A stretch of DNA of 63,750 nt, the filler included, from Octopus bimaculoides (Eukaryota), in NCBI RefSeq assembly GCF_001194135.2. It is 7 parts of 7 records of this genome, joined end to end, with 100 filler letters (N's around TTAATTAATTAA, not from the genome) between each part and the next. Parts side by side here need not be neighbours in the genome. Positions count along the whole stretch, not along the records: positions 20,610 to 42,963 come from NC_068989.1; 6 more parts are not named here. One strand, written 5' to 3'. Numbering within the stretch: the stretch's first letter is position 1; each line of letters opens with the position of its first letter. This document shows positions 25,961 through 37,880 of the stretch, in pieces. The translations under genes and the position numbers were made by a program. The notes under the pieces are model-generated. The model was not told the DNA's origin and searched no databases. It worked only from the letters and a program-made list of their open reading frames with translations.

Positions 25961-26052
25961 TTGAAACAGCTCGACTAACCCCTATTTTTTTGTTCACGAA
26001 GATATCAAATATAAGGATATAGTACAGTTTAGCATTGAAACAAAACCCTAAT

Positions 26053-26752
26053 AACATCATCAACATCATTTAGTGTCCATTGTCCATGCTGGCATGGGTT
26101 GGACTGTTTGACCAGGGCTGGCAAGCTGGAAGGCAGCACCAGACCCCAGTTTGATTTGGCATGGTTTGGACGGCAGAATGCCGTTCCTAGCACCAACCAC
26201 TCCGTGAGTGTAATGGGTGCTTTTATGTGCCACCAACACAGGTACCATTTTCGTGACACTGGTATCTGCCACAGCTGCAGTTTTACTTGGCTTGATGGGT
26301 CTTATCATGCATGACATAATGCCAAAGGTCTTGGTCATTGCCTCTGTGAGGCCCGACACTTGAAAGGAGCTTTCCAGGTGCCACTGGGATTGGCCACTTT
26401 GCCTCCATGAGGCCTAATGCTTGAAAAGTGCTTTTTACATGCAACCGGCATGTAAAAACAACTCATCATCATCGTTTAACGTCAACTTTCCATGCTAGCA
26501 TGGGTTGGACGATTTGACTGAGGACTGGTGAAACCCGATGGCTACACCAGGCTCCAATCTGAAATGGCAGAGTTTCTACAGCTGGATGCCCTTCCTAACG
26601 CTAACCACTCCGAGAGTGTAGTGGGTGCTTTTACGTGCCACCGGCACGAAGGCCACTCAGGCGGTACTGGCAACAGCCATGCTCAAAATGGTGTATTTTA
26701 TGTGCCACCCGCACAAGAGCCAGTCCAAGGGCACTGGCAACGATCTCGCTCG
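26053..26752 (-). mobile_element. Two family C copies (26053-26260 diverged; 26464-26752), PSMB4 intron 1
   Basis: Both begin catcatcatttagtgtcc/catcatcatcgtttaacgtc and match family C. Confidence 0.8.
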
Positions 26753-27136
26753 AAAGTAATTTATAAATGAGATGTTTGATTATGTTAACAGTAACATAAC
26801 CAAAATAGCAAAATGAAAGTTTGGTCATGAATACAATGACCACTGACCACTTTGTATTGCATCCATTTTGCCAGTCCAGTTTACAATGACACACCATTCA
26901 AAAAAAAAAAAAAAAAAGAGCCTGAAACAGATTCTACACTTCTTACAGTAACTGCACCTAATGAACCTCTCCTCCTATTAAGTGTTGCAGATGTCAATTT
27001 TTAGTTTACTTGAATTGTGTATAATTTCACTCTAAATTCATTTGAATAAGGCCCAGCACTTCTGTGTTTAAGAATAGATTTTTTTCTTTTTACCTATTCT
27101 TTTTTTTATGTTTTCAACACATTTTAAAAAGATCTA

Positions 27137-27815
27137 GCATAACTACACGAGTGTGCCTCTCATAACTTCCAGAAAAAAATGGCTATATTTTAATAAAATT
27201 TTCTATAAATATACTACAGATGCTATAGATTCCAGTTATAACGAATTTGTTGTGAGAAAGTTTTTTCGAGGGTGGGGAGAGAGGTTTTTGAAAATTCACT
27301 CGAGTTGGCTTTGTTTCTTCAAAACTTTCCTCCAAAATGGATATTTTTTCATGTAAATTTCCTATAGATACCTCTCACATTATTACAATTATATCGGAAT
27401 TTAATACGGAAAAAAAAAAATGGTAGGCTTGCACACAATGCATACCGACACATGGCAAATGAAATTCGAAAAATTGTGATGTGTGTTAGTATGTATGTGT
27501 GCGAGTTCAATTTTTTTTTTAGTCATATTAAATTCCGATATACCATCTGAAAAATATTTGTAGAAAATTTCATATTAAAAGCACCCAGTTTTCTTAAAGT
27601 TATGAGGAAACAAAGCCAACTTTTGTGGATTTTCAGAAATTCAGAAATCCCACCCTCGGAAAAAACTTTTTCACAAGTTCTACACCATCTGAAGCATATT
27701 TCACAAAATCTACACCACCTGAAGCATATTTGTAAAAAATTGCATTAAAAAAATATTCATTTTTCTGGAAGTTATGAGGAAACAAAGTGAGGGGGGGGGA
27801 CATGTGTAGGTATGC
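27137..27815. mobile_element. Long foldback element in PSMB4 intron 1
   Basis: Imperfect inverted arms 27137-27421 and 27510-27815, e.g. cataacttccagaaaaa/tttttctggaagttatg, ttttttcgagggtggg/cccaccctcggaaaaaa and atatcggaatttaata/tattaaattccgatat. Internal subrepeats are present. Confidence 0.8.
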
Positions 27816-28397
27816 CAATGGTCCTGCATTAGAGTTGTTAAAAATAGCAGCCAAATATTACTGGAGCCTTTCTTTATTGTTCTAAAAAAGGACACATGAG
27901 ATAATGCGATCCGAGATACAGTATCGGAACACAGGATGGTCAGTACTAGAAGAAGTTCTTTGATTATAAGTTTGCTCGATTACCGAAACTAAATTCATCC
28001 ATAAAGAAACTCGTCAAGAAATATTACCCGAATCGTTTACAGTGTACCTATATTTGATAGTAACAATGTACGTTGAGAATTCAATTTACGAAAGATATGC
28101 TTTAATCGCTTTCAGAAGATGACATCTACACACCACAAGCGCACTTGTGAGTAAGCGAAAATCATAGAATGATTTTTAATAATAATAATAATTAGGTGCC
28201 TATTTTTGTAGATTACATAGATGTGTTGTATACAATGAATATAAACAACGGAAGTAATCGGAACAAATTAACAAATATACGAAGGAAAATCGTTATAGAG
28301 ACATACAATGGAATATTGCTGTGTCACCGACACCGCTTTGAGCATACATCAGGAATAATAAAGACGGCAGGTAGCAAAGCTAGTAGAAAATACTTAC

Positions 28398-28531
28398 AGG
28401 GTTTGCTTGACTGGATTCATCTCTTCAGCGTGTGTAGCAGCGTAAGGAGAACGTTGAATCTGTCCGGGACAAAGACCATTTCCCCAGATATCCAGATTAG
28501 CGTTAGATACATGATAACTGGGCAGCGCCAT
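28398..28531 (-). CDS. PSMB4: Proteasome subunit beta type-4 (beta7), coding exon 1 (propeptide)
   Basis: ATG at 28531 reads MALPSYHVSNANLDIWGNGLCPGQIQRSPYAATHAEEMNPVKQT + CT, then a GTAAGT donor (134 nt). It resembles the PSMB4 propeptide (W-x-x-G-x-x-PGQ...P-x-x-x-T) and splices in frame (phase 2) to exon 2. Confidence 0.88.
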
Positions 28532-29383
28532 ATTCCTTTTTAGAAATTAGCTTTATGCCGCTTACGACGTTGAAAAACACTGAAGAGCTATACTCATCAG
28601 CATAAATACCACTAGTCAAGTCAAATGACCTTTAAAGCTGTATGGATAGTTTTTAGGATATTATTTGAAATTTATTTACTAAATGCTACTGATCAATATT
28701 TTAAAACATCAGTAATATTAGTTAACAGAAGTCAGTTAAGATTGGGAGACACACGAGCCGCTTAAGGTATCAATAAATATGATAAATTGCAAGATAATGT
28801 GCTACTTTCTCTCTATACTTGTGACGATATTATATTATATTTAAACAATAATAATCATAATCTTCTTGTTTTGCCTTTGTGAATCACAAGTATTGCTATC
28901 TGTTGGAGTTTTAGCACTTTAGCTGCTATTTCTGAACTTCGGTATGTGGTGAAGCAACTGTTGCTGATCCCTTAATTATGTTTATATATATATANNNNNN
29001 NNNNNNNNNNNNNNNNNNNNNNNNNNNNNNNNNNNNNNNNNNNNNNNNNNNNNNNNNNNNNNNNNNNNNNNNNNNNNNNNNNNNNNNNNNNNNNNNNNNN
29101 NNNNNNNNNNNNNNNNNNNNNNNNNNNNNNNNNNNNNNNNNNNNNNNNNNNNNNNNNNNNNNNNNNNNNNNNNNNNNNNNNNNNNNNNNNNNNNNNNNNN
29201 NNNNNNNNNNNNNNNNNNNNNNNNNNNNNNNNNNNNNNNNNNNNNNNNNNNNNNNNNNNNNNNNNNNNNNNNNNNNNNNNNNNNNNNNNNNNNNNNNNNN
29301 NNNNNNNNNNNNNNNNNNNNNATGTAGGTAATTTAGTTTATCTTAAAAATAATTATATAACTTTCAAAAATAATTTTCTTTTT

Positions 29384-29826
29384 AGGCGCAGCAGTGGCTT
29401 TTTGGTAAGTAGCTTGCTTACCAACCACATGGTTCCGGGTTCATTCCCACTGCGTGGCACCTTGGGCAAGTGTCTTCAACTATAGCCTCAGGCCGACCAA
29501 AGCCGTATGAGTGGATTTGGTAGGCGGAAACTGAAGGAAGCCCGTCGTATATAAGTATACATATATGTATGTGTGTGTATATGTTTGTGTGTCTGTGTTT
29601 GTCCCCCCAACATCGCTTGACAACCGATGGTGGTGTGTTTACGTCACCGTAACTACCGATGGTGGTGTGTGTACGTCCCCGTAACTTAGCGGTTCGGCAA
29701 AAGAGACCGATATAATAAGTACTAGGCTTACAAAGAATAAGTTCTGGGGTCGATTTGCTCGACTAAAGGCGGTGTTCCAGCATAGCCGCAGTCAAATGAC
29801 TGAAACAAGTAAAGGAGAAAAGAGAG
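29384..29826 (+). mobile_element. SINE family B, near full length (tRNA-like head, internal (TA)/(TG)n, 3' module)
   Basis: Head GCAGCAGTGGCT...GGTAAGTAGCTTGCTTACCAACCACATGGTTCCGGGTTCATTCCC; central microsatellite; 3' ...GGGGTCGATTTGCTCGACTAAAGGCGG...GACTGAAACAAGTAAA. Contains an internal ~31-bp duplication. Confidence 0.88.
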
Positions 29827-29969
29827 TTTTTTTATTTAAAAAAAATAATTTTCCTGTTTTCCGCAACGCTAACAGGACCTAACTACTGACACAGCTAAAG
29901 AAGGCAATTAACTGTATCTCACAATTTTCAAGTTTTTATTGAATTGTCCAGTTATCAGTGCGATCACAA

Positions 29970-31644
29970 TAAATATTTGGGGACAAGTCATTGTATCTGA
30001 ATTACAAATTCCCTGCTGTCTCTTCGGTCTCTACAGAGATGACGCTCTGGCCATCTATAGAGGGGCCAACGGGCACACATTTGATTGGTGTAACGAAGTG
30101 GTTATCAGAATGTAACGATTATTGTCTATGATGAAAGCAAAGATGATAATGTTGACTCCATGAAAGATAGACAGTGGCCGAAGTTGTAGATAACATATAT
30201 TTCTCCATTACATATAATTAAAGCCAAACCACGACGGGCAGGTGTGTATAAAAGCAGTGGAAAAGCATACGAAGTAACGAGAGTTATATTTTCTTGTAAA
30301 AGGGTAGATAGCATTAGACTTACTCATTCCCTGTCGTTCTAGCAGCCGTAACTACATAGATCAAGTAATGTTGTCGAAAGTGAGCGAGGGAGAAAGTAAG
30401 AGAGTGGTGGACGGGACAAGTGTATCGTTGGTGAATTCCATAGCTGCCCCTCTATGAAGTTCTGTCGAGACAGTATTTCGAATCGGTCAGCCTGCTCTCT
30501 GTCGGTTGCTCTCACTAACTGATTTTTTTCCTTAGAGAATGCTGGTATTTATAACTATGCAGACTAGCTATAAAGATGGATATACCATTGTGACGATGGC
30601 TAAATTAATGAAGGTCACTTATCTATTTCATGGCATTGAAAAGGTTAAGAGTCAAGTGGAAAACACATATATCACTGTTTATCCATGACAGAACAATAGG
30701 TCGTATGGCTAGGGAGAATTTACAGATTCAGTTTCGAACCTCAGGTAGGGACAAGCGAGGTCTCACATAGGCCAGAAAAGACCTGTTTAGTGCCCTAGGC
30801 TCTATGGGACTGAAAATTACTATCAAGACGAACCTCACTACCGTAGACTTTGTAGATGTCACTCTAGACTCGGGCTCCGGTACACGCAAGCCTTATCGCA
30901 AGCTAAACGAGAGGCTGTCCTACATCAACACAGCCTCTGTCACCCCCACTATCATGTTCAAGAACCAGGCCCGGAGTCAACCGAAGATGCGCCAGTAATA
31001 TGAGCACAACAAACACCCAAGTCTGGAAATATATCGGGTCAACTGGAACGGCTTTCAAGCGACGCCCGTACAACCACAGGTACTCTTTCAGGATTCCAGA
31101 AAGACGATTTGTCACATCCCTGGCCAGTCACGTATAGGGCCTCAAAGATGAAAGGACCCCATACGATATCAAGTGAAGGATCTTAGAGCGGTTGGGAACC
31201 GATATTGACGGAAGCGAACGCTGCAAATCCGAGCGAGCAAGGATATTCAAAGGCTCCCTGAAACCTGGATCACTGAACACTCGCCTGGAAATTTACAGTT
31301 GTCACACCCATTTCGAACGCTACCTGCTGCAAGCATTAGATTCTTCGTTCTCCGATTAGATTCAGAAGGGTTCTTACGATCTAGAAGTAGCCCATGGGTG
31401 GGGTGAGGACCCCGCTTTTGACCCACAAGAATTGATCTAAGGGAGATAACCCGTCCTCACTGACCCCACCCAGACTATTTATTATTTGCTGACTTATTGA
31501 CCAGATGACAATGACGGATTCCTGCCTCCCTGAGGTGAAGAGTTAGATTTGTCTTCGGTTTTAGAGTATGACGAGACGTTCACGGGCTAAGCCCTTTGTG
31601 GATGCGAAATCACTGGTCACTCTGTGTGACCGGACATAGACTTA
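29970..31644 (+). mobile_element. Penelope-like retroelement relic (RT, GIY-YIG endonuclease, 3' region), interrupted at about 30090-30750
   Basis: FGLYRDDALAI at 30023-30055; RKDLFSALGSMGLKITIKTNLTTVDFVDVTLD...KPYRK at about 30770-30960; KYIGSTGTAFKRRPYNHRYSF...SLASHV*GLKD...YDIK*RIL at about 31025-31330. All are typical PLE motifs, here with stops and a deletion. Confidence 0.85.
31563..31643 (+). ncRNA. Hammerhead-like motif with a core defect, downstream of the Penelope-like GIY-YIG region
   Basis: AUGACGA (A in place of C3); stem II G(A)CGUUCAC...GUGGAUGC capped by GGGC-UAA-GCCC; GAAA; stem III with hairpin CUGGUCAC/GUGACCGG; AUA triplet; GAGU/ACUU stem I. Confidence 0.6.
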
Positions 31645-32490
31645 NNNNNNNNNNNNNNNNNNNNNNNNNNNNNNNNNNNNNNNNNNNNNNNNNNNNNNNN
31701 NNNNNNNNNNNNNNNNNNNNNNNNNNNNNNNNNNNNNNNNNNNNNNNNNNNNNNNNNNNNNNNNNNNNNNNNNNNNNNNNNNNNNNNNNNNNNNNNNNNN
31801 NNNNNNNNNNNNNNNNNNNNNNNNNNNNNNNNNNNNNNNNNNNNNNNNNNNNNNNNNNNNNNNNNNNNNNNNNNNNNNNNNNNNNNNNNNNNNNNNNNNN
31901 NNNNNNNNNNNNNNNNNNNNNNNNNNNNNNNNNNNNNNNNNNNNNNNNNNNNNNNNNNNNNNNNNNNNNNNNNNNNNNNNNNNNNNNNNNNNNNNNNNNN
32001 NNNNNNNNNNNNNNNNNNNNNNNNNNNNNNNNNNNNNNNNNNNNNNNNNNNNNNNNNNNNNNNNNNNNNNNNNNNNNNNNNNNNNNNNNNNNNNNNNNNN
32101 NNNNNNNNNNNNNNNNNNNNNNNNNNNNNNNNNNNNNNNNNNNNNNNNNNNNNNNNNNNNNNNNNNNNNNNNNNNNNNNNNNNNNNNNNNNNNNNNNNNN
32201 NNNNNNNNNNNNNNNNNNNNNNNNNNNNNNNNNNNNNNNNNNNNNNNNNNNNNNATATATATATATGATATTTAGTGTTTGTATTTCTACTACGTAGGTT
32301 TACATATATTATATTGTGAGGACTGAGATTTCCGTTGTCAGGCTACTGATATTAAGTTCAGTGTTAAAACACATGATATGCAAATTAACAGCTACAGTTT
32401 TCTGTAGCTACTGGATTTGTTTTCTGTAGCTACTGGCCCATAAACAAATTGGTTGTTTATTTTCTCTGGGACTGGCCAAACGATGTAGAT

Positions 32491-32533
32491 ACCTCTGATG
32501 AAAATCAAATAAGGTTCGAAAATACATTAAAGC
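32491..32533 (+). ncRNA. Decayed minimal hammerhead-like motif
   Basis: ACCU-CUGAUGA-A-AAUC(AAAUAA)GGUU-C-GAAA-AUACAU-UA/AAGC. The core is intact; stems I-III each deviate from ideal pairing by transition-type changes. Confidence 0.4.
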
Positions 32534-33228
32534 TGTTAGCCATTTTCTTTAATCTTCGGAGAAATCGTTAAATTTGCCAAACATATAGATTGAATATATA
32601 TAGTTGATGATGCTTACGTCACAAGGGGTGCTTTTAATTCATAAGTGAATTTAATCTTGCCTAAATTATCGTCGTGACATACCGGCAAATGGTTATTACA
32701 CTATTTGTATATAGTCATAGACTGGCGATTCGATTCGCCTCCGCTTTAATTCACGTACGTGATGTTGATAACCCCCCAAAATGGTGAAATATCGGTATCC
32801 ATCACCTTCGAATGGTACTGGGGACGAGTTGTCTCACTTGTCTATGACTTTCAGGTGTTTTAATATCCAGCGCTTTGAGGGAGTCATCCTCACCGCGGTA
32901 GAGCAGCGTACCGGTGAACAAGCAAAACACATACATCTAGTATGTGTGGTCGATGATATTTACAACATTAGCAGTGTTTTTAATTAATAATTGAATATAT
33001 ATATATGGGCTCTCGGCTGCTCTACATTGACATGGGGCAATACCCTGAAACTAGTCTAGTCTGCAGATGCCAAACCAGCAAGGGGAAGCTGCTGACCTCC
33101 CCTGTTCGAAGGTTATAAAGGACACAGGTTCGTGTGTCACATAGCTAGCTAGAGGCGATGGCCTCTTGGAGCTAATCCACAGCAGCATTCGTCCTAATTT
33201 TGGGACTGCCATGTTGGCTTGGCAATAA

Positions 33229-33268
<40 letters not shown>

Positions 33269-33689
33269 CAAAGCACTTTGATTCAAATTCCTTTGGCACC
33301 TTAATTTTCAAAGCGTAATGCTAATTCTCAGTTATTGGAAATTTGAATGAGAGATCAGTTGGAGAAAGTCAAATGTTATTATCGATGGATGGGCTGCGAT
33401 TGTTCGAGAAAAGTCACTCGGTGTCACAGTTTGATGTTGGTATTTCAGCGACAACAATTACCTGGAAAATACTGCATAATGAACAGGAAATCGACCGTAT
33501 GGTGGACAGGAAACCGGTTGCGTGGTTGGAGAGGAAGTAGGAAAGGGAAGATTAGCATCACGCCTTGAAACTTAAAGTACCAAAGAAATTGAATTAAACT
33601 GTTTTGATCCATATATGTAACTCCCAATAAACGTGTTGAGTGCCCTTCTTTCGTTTGTCCACTCACTCGTGTGTGTGTGTGTGTGTGTG

Positions 33690-34150
33690 TGTTGGGCTCT
33701 CATCGCTTCGACGAATGAGGAATTAGTAGGACAGCTGCATAATGTTCTTAGTTCGATGTTATGACGTGTCGTCTAATGTAAGAATTCAGTGTTATCCAGA
33801 TTTTACAGATCCGGCTGCTGATGTTGCAGTAGTGGTCTCCGTCATTTGCGAGTAGATTAAATCTGGCTCTATACTGAGCTCTTTTCTCTTCCAGAATGTT
33901 GATCCTGGGTACTTCAAAATCGGAGATGGCTTGGTAGCAAGAATTTCTCCACTGGTAGCAAGAATTTCTCTATTCATTGCTTCCGTTTCTCATGTCTTCA
34001 GGTTTACCTTGTAGGTTTTCAAGCAGTTTTTTAGAGTGTCTATATAACGGAGGAGAGGACGGTCTTGATGCCTAGCAGCAGAGCTAAGGTCACCATAGAT
34101 GAGGTCTGACAACATCAAGGGATGGACAGCATATTACATCGTGACAGAGA
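33690..34150 (-). mobile_element. RTE (BovB-like) LINE 3' end
   Basis: Minus strand SDLIYGDLSSAARHQDRPLLRYIDTLKNCLKTYKVNLKT*ETEAMNR, plus a terminal C/H motif YYCNISSRICKIWITLNSYIRRH. Confidence 0.7.
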
Positions 34151-34230
34151 AAAGAAACCAACGGTGACGGCTGACTATAAAAGCGTCTTGAGTGACACCG
34201 CAACTACTGAATCCATCAGTTAAAGGAACT

Positions 34231-34367
34231 TGATGATGATGATGATGATGACGATGATGATGATGATGATGATAATGATGATGATGATGATGATGATGAT
34301 AATGATGATGATGATGATGATGATGATGATGGTGACGGCGATGATGATGACGACGATGATGATGATG
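34231..34367. repeat. (GAT)n microsatellite
   Basis: Direct reading. Confidence 0.95.
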
Positions 34368-34899
34368 TACTAGTTTTCCGTGGTTCCTCTCTAGATATTA
34401 TTAGTCCTAATATGGATATTTTTCATAATTTTCCCACAGCATAAGGCTTCTGTCTCATTGTATTTGTGGTAAATACCTTCCAATGTTTTCTCTGTCAGGT
34501 TTCAGATCTTATACCCTGATTTAAGATGTTGTAATCAGATTTAAGGTGTGAATTTCAAATAAGCACTCATAATCTTTTTCGTTTTCCATTTAGTTTTCAG
34601 TTGAGGCTGCATCCATAATTTATTTCTGGTGTGGGTAAAGTATTGATACCGATTACCTTATTTTTGCATTTAGCTTTGTTTTAAGTGGGGTTTTTTTTAG
34701 TGGCTTAGTTAGAGGAGAGTATCAATGTTCATTATCCATTCCAGAGCCCTTGAGACTGGTGAGAGGAAGTTATTCTTAGTTTGGAGACTAGAGTCGAGAG
34801 TTTGCAAGAGAACAGATTCTACTAAGGGCTCCCAGGAACCAGGTGGTGGTGCTAAATCGAACGATGGATGATTCAACCTACTATAGTAGTAATCTTATG

Positions 34900-35642
34900 C
34901 AGGGGTTCTTAATTTGGATAGTAGCGTACCTATGAGGTGTCGTGAGCTCACATATGGGCGGAAAATCTGAAGGGAGTGATATGGGGGTCACTAGATGTTT
35001 AGAGGCGTCTTCAGTTTTCTTTGAAATAAAGTATTTAAATCAGGAACAATATCATTGGATTAGAATATAAGTGGGACATTGTATCATCAGTGAGCAGAAA
35101 CATGTCTGGTGATATGCCAAGGTCCAATCAGATTTCATTATATAATCTCCACCTTCTTTAGTAATTTCTTATTTCTTTATTGCCCACAAGGGGCTAAACA
35201 TAGAGGGGACAAACAAGGACACACAAAGGGATTAAGTCGATTACATCGACCCCAGTATGTAACTGGTACTTAATTTATCGACACCGAAAGGATGAAAGGC
35301 AAAGTAGACCTCGGTGGAATTTGAACTCAGAACTAACGGCAGATGAAATATCGCTAAGCATTTCGCCCAGCGTGCTAACGTTTCTGCCAGCTCGTCGACT
35401 TCTTTAGTAATTTCTATGAACCTTTAACATAAACTTCTCTAGTTCACGCAATTATCTAAAAAGACGTACATACTGGAGAGGAGAGTACAAAAAATATGGA
35501 TAATAAACCACTGCACAAATTTAGATTCTGTGAGGATAAAATAAGCTGCTGTGATTTTTACAAAATAAGGTAAGGGCGCGGGATCTGTAAAATATTATTA
35601 CGTTGAAGAGAGCGTTTAGTTACAAAAACCCGAGAACTACTG
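34900..35642. mobile_element. Probable hAT-type non-autonomous element nested in the R4-like relic
   Basis: Ends CAGGGGTTCTTAA and CCGAGAACTACTG resemble hAT MITE TIRs. The 8-bp flanks atcttatg/ttctaatc match at only 5 of 8 positions. Confidence 0.4.
35170..35398 (-). mobile_element. SINE family A, near full length, with 17-bp TSD
   Basis: Reverse complement of the 44504-44728 copy. TSD CTTCTTTAGTAATTTCT at 35153-35169 and 35399-35415. Confidence 0.9.
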
Positions 35643-37063
35643 TTCTAATCTATAACGTTCTTTTCTAAATTTTCTTTCATTTCTTGTGGATTATACTCTG
35701 TCTGTTTAATTGGTTTCTAGGTCTGTGTTTTGTCTAATTCTGTTATCCAACTTTTTTTTTTTAAAACTCTATTATGATAGTAGAATTCTTTCTTTTTTTC
35801 TTCTTTTCAAGTTTAACTAGACGCATTTTTCTAATCCGAATCAATTCTCCTAACAAATTTGTATACTCTCTAATTCTCTATCACCAGCAGCGTATAACTT
35901 GAGGTCATCCATATACAAACAAATGGTTGAGTGTCTCCCCATGGTATTTGTACCCAAGTCCAGTCTTGCTTAATGAGCTGGCTAAGTGTATTAGCACCAG
36001 GCAGAAAAAGAGTAGCAGGGGTATATTATATAAATTTAGGATATCTTTAATGCAGATAGGTACGAGTTTCTATAATTCCTTGTTTGTCGTTCACCCATGA
36101 TATGAGAATGCTTATATATTTATTGCTTATTATTGGTGCAACTTGCGGCCCTTGTAGCCAACAAAGAAAGAATTACTGGTACAACTTTTCTAGAATTAAC
36201 GTGGGTATTAGGAGAATATTGTAAAAACCTCGCAACCATTCCATACCACTCTTTGGCCCCTCTTCTAATGTTCGGTTTTGGCCTTCTTGACACATAACTG
36301 ACCATTACAGCCATACGATCCGTTATAATAAACCTTCAGCTCCTTTGGAAACACGTTGTTGGTTTCCAGATGTTTCTCTATTCTCTGCGATATTATTGTA
36401 ATTAAGGCTTTGTGAAGAATAGGAATGTTATGGGTTTGTAGGTTTTTAGTATTAGGGAATATAATGATATTTTTCATTACGTATTTTCCATTACATCAGA
36501 TGTTGTCTGGAGTTCTTCACACACATACAAACACAACAACAACAACAACAACAACTTCATTATATAACACTCGTGTGAAATGCAGTTAAACAAAAGGAAG
36601 TACTCAATACTGAAAGTAGGGTGGAATGATATTTATTCAAAGTTGAATTTGAGTGAGCCATTTATCCAAATTTCACATTCCGATCCACAGTTGACTGATT
36701 ACAGTAGGTTTTAAGTTGGTTATATTCACCGGGTGAGATTGATCAGTTCCCGCTGAAAACAACTTGGCAGGAAATTAGAAGTACCACAGATATATAAAAA
36801 AATATAAAAATTACAATAAAAAAAATTTATGGAAGAATTATCTCTATAAAAATTCGTATAAAAATCCTCTGTGGCGAACTTATAAATATATCCAGTTGCA
36901 ACAAATATGTATAGAAAGTTAATAAAAGAACAGATATATTTTTATACATTTAACTATAAATTTGGATCTAGTTTTGTTTGGCAAGAAAGTGATTCTTTAT
37001 CAATAGAGAAAGTGTGTGTGAAATTGATATTAAAATAGATATTTTTTGTTTATGGATGTGCAT

Positions 37064-37117
<54 letters not shown>

Positions 37118-37532
37118 NNNNNNNNNNNNNNNNNNNNNNNNNNNNNNNNNNNNNNNNNNNNNNNNNNNNNNNNNNNNNNNNNNNNNNNNNNNNNNNNNNN
37201 NNNNNNNNNNNNNNNNNNNNNNNNNNNNNNNNNNNNNNNNNNNNNNNNNNNNNNNNNNNNNNNNNNNNNNNNNNNNNNNNNNNNNNNNNNNNNNNNNNNN
37301 NNNNNNNNNNNNNNNNNNNNNNNNNNNNNNNNNNNNNNNNNNNNNNNNNNNNNNNNNNNNNNNNNNNNNNNNNNNNNNNNNNNNNNNNNNNNNNNNNNNN
37401 NNNNNNNNNNNNNNNNNNNNNNNNNNNNNNNNNNNNNNNNNNNNNNNNNNNNNNNNNNNNNNNNNNNNNNNNNNNNNNNNNNNNNNNNNNNNNNNNNNNN
37501 NNNNNNNNNNNNNNNNNNNNNNNNNNNNNNNT

Positions 37533-37880
37533 ATATATGCATATGTGGGCACAGGACGTCACGAAACGTGTACAACAAAAATACGAAGTACGAGTACATG
37601 GAATATAAACTATTTTTCTGAACAACGAAAGACACAAATGGAAAACAAGAAAAACAGCACAAAAGACGATCCTTCATCAGTTGTTGGCTGTTTTTTACTC
37701 TCGTATTTAGCACTTTTAACAGCAAGATACGCTTTTGATAAAACAGTTGCTCCTGCAAAGCATATTAAATAAAATTTGGGATTTTGCGGAGGGTCAAAAT
37801 TGGTAACAAAAACAGGAGAGTGAAAACAAACAGGAAGGGCTGCTAAGCCTAACCGAGGTTGTGGTGGCGAACGCTTAAAT
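37533..37880. repeat. Unclassified interspersed repeat, first of two copies
   Basis: 37533-37686 closely matches 38372-38525 (atatgcatatgtggg.cacaggacgtcac...ccttcatcagttgtt). Confidence 0.75.

Larger units (their letters stand above)
34380..36520 (-). mobile_element. R4/Dong-like non-LTR retrotransposon fragments with nested insertions
   Basis: RT segment IPILHKALITIISQRIEKHLETNNVFPKE...GSYGCNGQL at about 36265-36450, RT remnants to about 35780, and a degraded C-terminal region near 34400-34700. Confidence 0.65.

Noticed and set aside
26515-26540. CTGAGGA-CTGGT-GAAA in family C repeats
   Set aside because: Stem II cannot form, and GAAA is not conserved in other copies.
32378-32700. ATGCAAAT octamer suggesting an snRNA promoter
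   Set aside because: No recognisable U snRNA, 7SL or 7SK sequence downstream.
33343-33540. Possible pogo/Tigger-type HTH remnant (SQFDVGISATTITWKILHNEQEI)
   Set aside because: Similarity too weak to call by eye; no TIR or DDE region found.
33546-33558. GAAGATTAGCAT match to U6 snRNA
   Set aside because: Only 12 nt, with no flanking similarity.
37674-37690. CTGATGA on the minus strand in both copies of the unclassified repeat (also 38514)
   Set aside because: No convincing stem II closing onto a GAAA and no stem I/III partner.
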